DNA from: Myxococcales bacterium
GTDB taxonomy: Bacteria; Myxococcota_A; UBA9042; UBA3505
Assembly: GCA_002728755.1 (NCBI GenBank)
Contig: PBVT01000100.1
Location: forward strand, 4,484-68,483
Length of the DNA: 64,000 nucleotides
Direction: 5' to 3'
The notes under the pieces were generated by a model, which was given only the letters and a program-made list of their open reading frames with translations, ran no database searches and was not told the origin of the DNA. Both the position numbers and the translations under genes were made by a program. Below are positions 58,173 to 64,000 of the stretch, one piece after another; within the stretch, counting starts at the first letter, position 1, and the number at the start of each line of letters is the position of its first letter.

Positions 58173-60236
58173 TCAAGAGCCGCAGGCGTCGCCAATCCCA
58201 TCCATATTGGTGTCTGCTTGGTCCGGGTTCCATATCCACGGGCAGTTATCTAAAGCGTCGACAATGCCATCTTCGTCGTTATCTCCCCCACAATGGTCGC
58301 CTATACCGTCGCCATTCGCGTCCTGCTGATCGGGGTTTGCTATCCATCGACAGTTATCATCGCCGTTATTTACCCCATCACCATCCCAATCGTTCTCACA
58401 GAGGTCGCCAGCGCCATCACCGTCTGTGTCCACTTGGTCTTCATTCGAGACAAGCACGCAGTTGTCGTCGTCGTCAGAAACTCCGTCCCCGTCCAGATCA
58501 TTTTCACAGGCATCACCCTGTCCATTGAAGTTGTTATCGTTCTGATCTGGGTTGGCCACCAGGAAGCAATTATCACATTGGTTCCCGACACCATCTAGAT
58601 CCAGATCGTGTTGTAGCGGATTCGTATACCAGACACAGTTGTCATTCGCGTCTACGACGGAGTCTCCGTCCCAGTCACTACATACATCACCATGTTGATC
58701 ATTGTTCCAGTCCTGTTGCCCTGGATTAAAGACTCCTGGGCAGTTGTCGGTCTGGTTGGGGATGCCATCATTATCAAAATCGGATTCACAAGCGTCGCCT
58801 ACCCCATTGGCGTTGGCATCTTCCTGATACGGGTTCGGTATGAACATGCAGTTATCCTCATCATTCACCACACCGTCGCCATCCAGATCATTCTCACACA
58901 CATCTCCATTTCCATCGCCATCCGTATCGGTCTGGTCTGGATTGTAGACTAGTGGACAGTTGTCTTCTGGGTTCAGAATCGCGTCGCCGTCGAAGTCAAA
59001 AGCACAGGCGTCTCCCTGGCCATCCCAATTGGAGTCCTGTTGGGTCGGGTTCGGCACAAGGAAACAGTTGTCACAGAAGTTTCCAATGCCATCAGCATCG
59101 GTATCTTCCTGGGCCGGATTGTCCCAGAACGGACAATTATCGAAGGCGTCGACAAAGCCATCCCCGTCAAAATCGCTGCATGCATCACCTTTCCCATCGA
59201 AGTTCCAATCCTCCTGGTCTGGATTCGATGCCAGGATACAATTGTCGAGCTGGTCGGGTACCCCATCGAGATCTGTGTCGGTCTCACAGGCATCACCAAT
59301 ACCGTTAAGGTTCGCATCGGTCTGATCGGTGTTGGGTACGAAGGGACAATTATCTTCAGAGTTGTTCACTCCGTCACCGTCCCAGTCGTTTTCACAGAGG
59401 TCTCCCTGACCGTCACCATCACTGTCTTGCTGGTCCGTATTTGCGACTACAGGACAGTTATCTTCTTCGTCGGGAATACCGTCATCATCGTAGTCCTGAA
59501 TACAGGCGTCTCCGAAGGGGTATGGCGTGCTCTGCTCCTGGTCGGGATTCGGAACAACCGGACAATTATCGCAGATATCTCCGACCTGGTCCCCGTCAGA
59601 ATCTGCCTGACCTGGGTTGTGCGTCAATGGACAATTATCATCCTCGTCCGGCACATCGTCCCCATCACTATCGGGAGTCTCCGTACACGTTCCTGAACAT
59701 ACGACATAGGGACAGCCCTCTTCGTCTTCTAACCATTCACAGGGCTGCGCAGCATCGCATAGCACGCCTTTCGACCCGTTGGGGAAACACTCACATCCCA
59801 CGGGACCAACAGGTCCACATTCATTGGGGATGATGGGTGGCTCCCAGGTATCCTCTTCTGGAACAGAACCCTCATCGGCTGAAGAGCCAGTATCCGATGG
59901 TGTGCCCGTATCCGATGGTTCCGTGCTGTCTGGCTCACCACCGGTATCGAGTTCCTCTGTAATATCCTCCGTCGACGTCCCAGGATCTGTATCCTGAACA
60001 TCGTCTCCCCCAGTCGTTGGCATACATAGGGCATCAATACATTGCTCGTTCGATAAGCAATCTGTGTCGTCTGTGCATCCACCCATTGCAGGAGGAGGAA
60101 GACATTGGCCACCACTGCATACAAAGTTGTCCGGGCACTCATCCGCCGCGCCACATTGGGAAGAAACGTCACTCCCACCACAACCTAGAAGAACGAGAGC
60201 CGCACTTAGGAATACGAAGCTAGCGATGCGACCCAT
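58173..60236 (-). CDS. Thrombospondin type-3 repeat (Ca-binding) lipoprotein
   Basis: Lipobox LVLLGCGG from the internal start MGRIASF…; more than 20 tandem TSP3 repeats (DxDxDGxxDxxDNCPxxxNPdQxD). The start coordinate is approximate because my hand count and the ORF-track frame disagree by 1 nt. Confidence 0.75.
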   Translation of the reverse strand: MGRIASFVFLSAALVLLGCGGSDVSSQCGAADECPDNFVCSGGQCLPPPAMGGCTDDTDCLSNEQCIDALCMPTTGGDDVQDTDPGTSTEDITEELDTGGEPDSTEPSDTGTPSDTGSSADEGSVPEEDTWEPPIIPNECGPVGPVGCECFPNGSKGVLCDAAQPCEWLEDEEGCPYVVCSGTCTETPDSDGDDVPDEDDNCPLTHNPGQADSDGDQVGDICDNCPVVPNPDQEQSTPYPFGDACIQDYDDDGIPDEEDNCPVVANTDQQDSDGDGQGDLCENDWDGDGVNNSEDNCPFVPNTDQTDANLNGIGDACETDTDLDGVPDQLDNCILASNPDQEDWNFDGKGDACSDFDGDGFVDAFDNCPFWDNPAQEDTDADGIGNFCDNCFLVPNPTQQDSNWDGQGDACAFDFDGDAILNPEDNCPLVYNPDQTDTDGDGNGDVCENDLDGDGVVNDEDNCMFIPNPYQEDANANGVGDACESDFDNDGIPNQTDNCPGVFNPGQQDWNNDQHGDVCSDWDGDSVVDANDNCVWYTNPLQHDLDLDGVGNQCDNCFLVANPDQNDNNFNGQGDACENDLDGDGVSDDDDNCVLVSNEDQVDTDGDGAGDLCENDWDGDGVNNGDDNCRWIANPDQQDANGDGIGDHCGGDNDEDGIVDALDNCPWIWNPDQADTNMDGIGDACGS

Positions 60237-60306
60237 AATGGAGACCTCCATCCATACCGATGGATGCAGCATAGCAAATAATGGCCCAGCACAACACCCG
60301 GACGCC

Positions 60307-61866
60307 CTAGAGAGGGATATTACCGTGCTTTTTCGATGGATTGCTGTCGCGTTTATTTTGCAGGTCCTCCAGGGCACGAATCAATCGAGGTCGTGTCTCT
60401 CGAGGGCGAATCACTGCATCAATATAACCCAACTCGGCGACCTTGAATGGATTCGCAAAGGTCTCTCGATAGTCGTCGACGAAGTCCGCCCGCGTCTTCT
60501 CTGGATCGTCCGACTCCGCGATCTCCTTTCGATACACTATATTCACCGCACCCTCCGGTCCCATAACGGCGACCTCTGCGAGGGGATAGGCAAAGTTATA
60601 ATCCGCCCGAATATGCTTGGATGCCATCACATCATAGGCTCCACCGTAGGCCTTCCGGGTAATCACGGTCACCTTCGGTACAGTCGCCTCTGCATAGGCG
60701 TAAAGAAGCTTGGCACCATGGCGAATGATGCCTCCGAATTCCTGTTCTGTACCGGGTAGGAACCCCGGCACATCGACCAGGGTAACGATCGGAACATTGA
60801 AGGCATCGCAGAGACGTACAAACCGCGCACCTTTCACAGACGCATCAATGTCGAGGCAGCCCGCCAGATGCATCGGCTGGTTGCCGACAATACCCACCGA
60901 CCGACCGCCTAGCCGACCGAATCCAACGACCAGGTTCTTGGCATATCCGGCATGAACCTCTAGAAAGCGGCCTTCGTCTACGATCCGACTTATGAGGTCG
61001 GTCATATCGTAGGGTTTATTGGGCTCAACAGGTACCAGGTTGTCCAGCTCGGGATCCTCTCGGTCCGACGGGTCCTCGGTACTTTGCATCGGCGGATCCT
61101 GCATATTATTGCTAGGCAGATAGTCCAGAAGCTCTCGGACTAGGGCCAGAGCCGCCCTCTCATTATCTACCGCAAAATGGGCCACACCCGACCGCGTGGC
61201 ATGGGTCGTCGCCCCACCCAACTCTTCCTTGGAGACCTCTTCATGGGTCACAGTCCGAATGACCTCAGGTCCGGTGATGAACATATGAGAGGTCTCACGT
61301 ACCATCACCACGAAGTCCGTAATCGCCGGAGAATACACAGCTCCACCAGCGCAAGGCCCAAGGATCAGGCTGATCTGTGGGATGACGCCACTCGCCATGG
61401 TATTTCGAAGGAATATATCCGCGTAACCCGCCAGGGACACAACTCCTTCCTGGATACGTGCACCACCCGAGTCGTTTAACCCAACGACCGGGGCACCAAC
61501 TTTCATGGCGAGATCCATGATCTTACAGATTTTTCGGGCATAGGCCCCCGATAGAGAGCCGCCAAAGACGGTGAAATCCTGGGCGAATAGATAGACCTGA
61601 CGGCCATCCACGCGAGCAGATCCTGTCACGACGCCATCTCCCGGGATTTTCTTCTTCTCCATCGAGAAGTCACTGCACCCGTGAACAACCAGTTTATCGA
61701 TCTCTTCGAAAGAGCCTGGGTCCACAAACGCATCAATCCGCTCACGAGCCGTTAATTTCCCAGCCGCGTGCTGTTTATCGATACGTTCTTGACCACCGCC
61801 GAGTTCCGCCTGTCGCTCAAGCGCTTCCAAACGGGTTTCCGTGTGCGTGGAGTCGGCCATACTCAC
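60307..61866 (-). CDS. pccB: Acyl-CoA carboxylase carboxyltransferase subunit (propionyl-CoA carboxylase beta chain/methylmalonyl-CoA carboxyltransferase family)
   Basis: 519 aa with tandem crotonase-like CT domains and conserved PccB/AccD5 motifs. Confidence 0.85.
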   Translation of the reverse strand: MSMADSTHTETRLEALERQAELGGGQERIDKQHAAGKLTARERIDAFVDPGSFEEIDKLVVHGCSDFSMEKKKIPGDGVVTGSARVDGRQVYLFAQDFTVFGGSLSGAYARKICKIMDLAMKVGAPVVGLNDSGGARIQEGVVSLAGYADIFLRNTMASGVIPQISLILGPCAGGAVYSPAITDFVVMVRETSHMFITGPEVIRTVTHEEVSKEELGGATTHATRSGVAHFAVDNERAALALVRELLDYLPSNNMQDPPMQSTEDPSDREDPELDNLVPVEPNKPYDMTDLISRIVDEGRFLEVHAGYAKNLVVGFGRLGGRSVGIVGNQPMHLAGCLDIDASVKGARFVRLCDAFNVPIVTLVDVPGFLPGTEQEFGGIIRHGAKLLYAYAEATVPKVTVITRKAYGGAYDVMASKHIRADYNFAYPLAEVAVMGPEGAVNIVYRKEIAESDDPEKTRADFVDDYRETFANPFKVAELGYIDAVIRPRETRPRLIRALEDLQNKRDSNPSKKHGNIPL

Positions 61867-61983
61867 CCCAATTTATTGGTCCCGGCGGGCAGAAAACCCA
61901 CCTTGGATTATTCGTTCAGACACACTACTTATCACGCCAGCGGAGAAATTCGCCACTCCAGCTATTCAGCGTACTGTGCGGCA

Positions 61984-62478
61984 TCACTCCTGATGCATAA
62001 ACGGAGATACGAAGTCTTCCGGCTTCACGCAAAGCACTGGGCATGGAGAGTCGCGGACGACACGTTCCGTGACCGTACCCATCACACGAGCCTTCACACC
62101 AGAGCCGCCGTCAGCCCCCATAACAATAAGATCGACATCGTTCGAGCAGGCGAACTTCACGATCTCTGCGTGGGGCTTACCACCAAGAATGCTCACTTTG
62201 ACTTTTCGGCGGTCAACTTCGGCGATACCGCCTTTATCGAATAATTCATTGATACGACGGCGAACACCTGTCTCAAGTCGTGCAAGCTCCTCAGCCACGG
62301 CTTCTACCTTATCAAAGGACGAGTCGAGGGCTGAGATCGAATCCGGCACATGCAGGATATGCGTTTCCGCGTCGAAGATACGAGAGAATCGTATGCCCGT
62401 ATAAAAGGCCCTACGACTCGAGTTTGAAAAATCCACAGGGATTAGCAAGCGCTGGATTTGCAGTGGGTTCAAGGTCAT
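61984..62478 (-). CDS. Universal stress protein (UspA family)
   Basis: ATP-binding motif VMGADGGSG…; 164 aa. Confidence 0.8.
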   Translation of the reverse strand: MTLNPLQIQRLLIPVDFSNSSRRAFYTGIRFSRIFDAETHILHVPDSISALDSSFDKVEAVAEELARLETGVRRRINELFDKGGIAEVDRRKVKVSILGGKPHAEIVKFACSNDVDLIVMGADGGSGVKARVMGTVTERVVRDSPCPVLCVKPEDFVSPFMHQE

Positions 62479-62543
62479 CGAAAGATTCGCTCCTATATTG
62501 GCGCATACTACGAACAGCTAAGGGACGTAGCGAAAAAACGTAC

Positions 62544-63869
62544 TTAGAAGGACAGGTTCATATCGTAGGAATTAGAGTCCCCAGCAAAGCCGTTTACACG
62601 AATGTAATACGTACCCGACTGGGTCGTCGTATAGGTGAGCACTTCGCCATCTTGCGCACTAACCGCCGAAGCCACTGGTTGCTGAAGGTTGCCCGAATAG
62701 TACAAGCGTACATCCAGATCACCCTCGTCATTGGCAAACGCCAACGTCACCTCGACCTGTTTACCAGCGGTCGTATCAAATGCATACCAATCCAATTCAA
62801 ACGGACAGATCGCCAGATTGGAGATATCGCCGGGCTCTATACTGGCCGCCTGGACGGGGTTGTTATTCGGCTCATAGGCATCTTCCAGGCAAAGCTCTAC
62901 CACATCAACGGTTGTCGGTGTGGCGTTGTTGTTTTCATTGGACTCGGCCACTTGATCGTAGGGATCGGCCACGATAACCAGATGATTCGGTCCGACTGGG
63001 CTATCCACTGGAACCGTTACCTTCTGCGATAGGGTGATAACCTCCTTCGAACCGATTCCACCTTCTATATCGCTATAGTAGATCTCCTGGTCACCGGGAT
63101 CGAAGACATCGTCCGCTGAGAGATAGACCGCAAAATCCACCGAAGGCGCCGAGTTGATGCACTGGTTTTCCAATGTGAAGTTCAGGAAAGTATCTTCGCC
63201 CTGTACCACCGAATACGGATAGGGAGTGACCTCACCGACAATGAGATCCGTACCGGATGTCCCATCGATAAATATGGAATAGTCATAATCCTGTAGGACG
63301 ATGCTTCCCGTCTTGGGTCTTACAAGGAGATAGTATACCTGCGACTCTGTCAGGCTTAGTGATGTTGAGCCGTTGCCCACAACCGCTTGCACCACGCTAC
63401 CACCGACCTCATCAAATAGCTCTAGCCGAAGCAATGCGCCTGCATGGTGGAGTGTAAAGGTCACCAGAGAGTCCGCCGGTACGTATACGCTGTAGATATC
63501 TTTATCTTCCTTACACAGGGTAAGCTCATTCGAGCCACATCCCAGCAAGGTCGCCTCTGAAAAGTCCCAATTGGGCTCATAGGAATCGGCTACACAGATA
63601 TCGGTTGTGAGAGGTTCGCTTATGGAGATCCCAAGATTATAGGAGAAGGGAGCTGGTTCCGCCCCACCGCCAGAGTGATACACATGAACGAAATAGGTAC
63701 CTGCCGTAAACACATACGGTAACCCAACCGTTGGGCTGTTCCCCGATGTCGCCGACTCGATTACGGTGATTCCGTTGGGAGCCACCAACTCGATATAGAC
63801 CGCTCCGTGAACCGGATCACTATCGAACGTGGCCTGCGCAAGAATGGACGTGCCTACGTCGAGGTTCAC
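62544..63869 (-). CDS. Secreted protein with pre-peptidase C-terminal (PPC)-like beta-sandwich domains
   Basis: C-terminal …YYIRVNGFAGDSNSYDMNLSF is PPC-like. The N-terminus may extend upstream toward the window end. Confidence 0.5.
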   Translation of the reverse strand: MNLDVGTSILAQATFDSDPVHGAVYIELVAPNGITVIESATSGNSPTVGLPYVFTAGTYFVHVYHSGGGAEPAPFSYNLGISISEPLTTDICVADSYEPNWDFSEATLLGCGSNELTLCKEDKDIYSVYVPADSLVTFTLHHAGALLRLELFDEVGGSVVQAVVGNGSTSLSLTESQVYYLLVRPKTGSIVLQDYDYSIFIDGTSGTDLIVGEVTPYPYSVVQGEDTFLNFTLENQCINSAPSVDFAVYLSADDVFDPGDQEIYYSDIEGGIGSKEVITLSQKVTVPVDSPVGPNHLVIVADPYDQVAESNENNNATPTTVDVVELCLEDAYEPNNNPVQAASIEPGDISNLAICPFELDWYAFDTTAGKQVEVTLAFANDEGDLDVRLYYSGNLQQPVASAVSAQDGEVLTYTTTQSGTYYIRVNGFAGDSNSYDMNLSF

Positions 63870-64000
63870 TGCATACCAGTCGTCGAGCTCAGGACATACC
63901 GTCAGGTTCGGGTATTGGGCGCTCTCCGCAGGTAGAAAACTCGCGTTCTGGAAACTACCGTTTGGCTCGTAACTATCATCACTACATGCCAGATCCGGGT

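Noticed and set aside
58293-59833. Several plus-strand ORFs (58293..58598, 58692..58952, 58952..59308, 59040..59696, 59441..59833)
   Set aside because: They are antisense to the TSP3-repeat gene. Their repetitive, low-complexity translations mirror the DxDxDG repeats, so they are shadow ORFs.

Overview
The window is a chromosomal segment of moderate GC content (about 55%), consistent with a Myxococcota-like (deltaproteobacterial) organism. This placement is inferred from the gene content: FHA-GAF-sigma54 activators, Cys-rich lipoproteins, TSP3-repeat proteins, and a pilMNOPQ-aroK-aroB block. No mobile elements, CRISPR arrays or rRNA genes were seen, so the region is mostly housekeeping rather than accessory.

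Main contents:
- A tRNA-Pro(TGG).
- A methylmalonyl-CoA mutase catalytic subunit.
- A truncated complex I gene block, nuoA-C-D-G-H-I, with no nuoB, nuoE, nuoF or nuoJ-N.
- A minus-strand run of trxB, an ArsC-like gene, a MiaE-like gene, a SAM methyltransferase, pepP and ndk.
- A signal-transduction island: an HD-GYP response regulator, a GAF histidine kinase, a 927-aa Cys-rich/beta-helix/Gly-rich lipoprotein, and an FHA-GAF-sigma54 activator followed by two lipoproteins.
- Also glpD, an AmiC-like amidase flanked by HEAT-repeat proteins, a tandem pair of cNMP-binding proteins, argH translationally coupled to a large OMP gene, a hybrid histidine kinase, trmB, a membrane-anchored HdrE/HdrD-like Fe-S protein and gshB.
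- A complete type IV pilus block pilMNOPQ-aroK-aroB, then zapA, 5-formyl-THF cyclo-ligase and tyrS.
- A secreted VIT-vWA protein convergent with a TSP3-repeat lipoprotein, then an acyl-CoA carboxyltransferase (PccB-like), a UspA gene and a PPC-domain secreted protein.

The most unusual feature is the pilQ gene. It encodes a 1635-aa secretin with an uninterrupted coiled-coil insertion of about 880 residues between two AMIN domains. Other points worth a second look are the fragmentary nuo cluster with a short NuoG, a candidate sigma54 promoter with an adjacent palindrome, and a sigma70-like promoter with a 20-nt palindromic operator upstream of nuoA.
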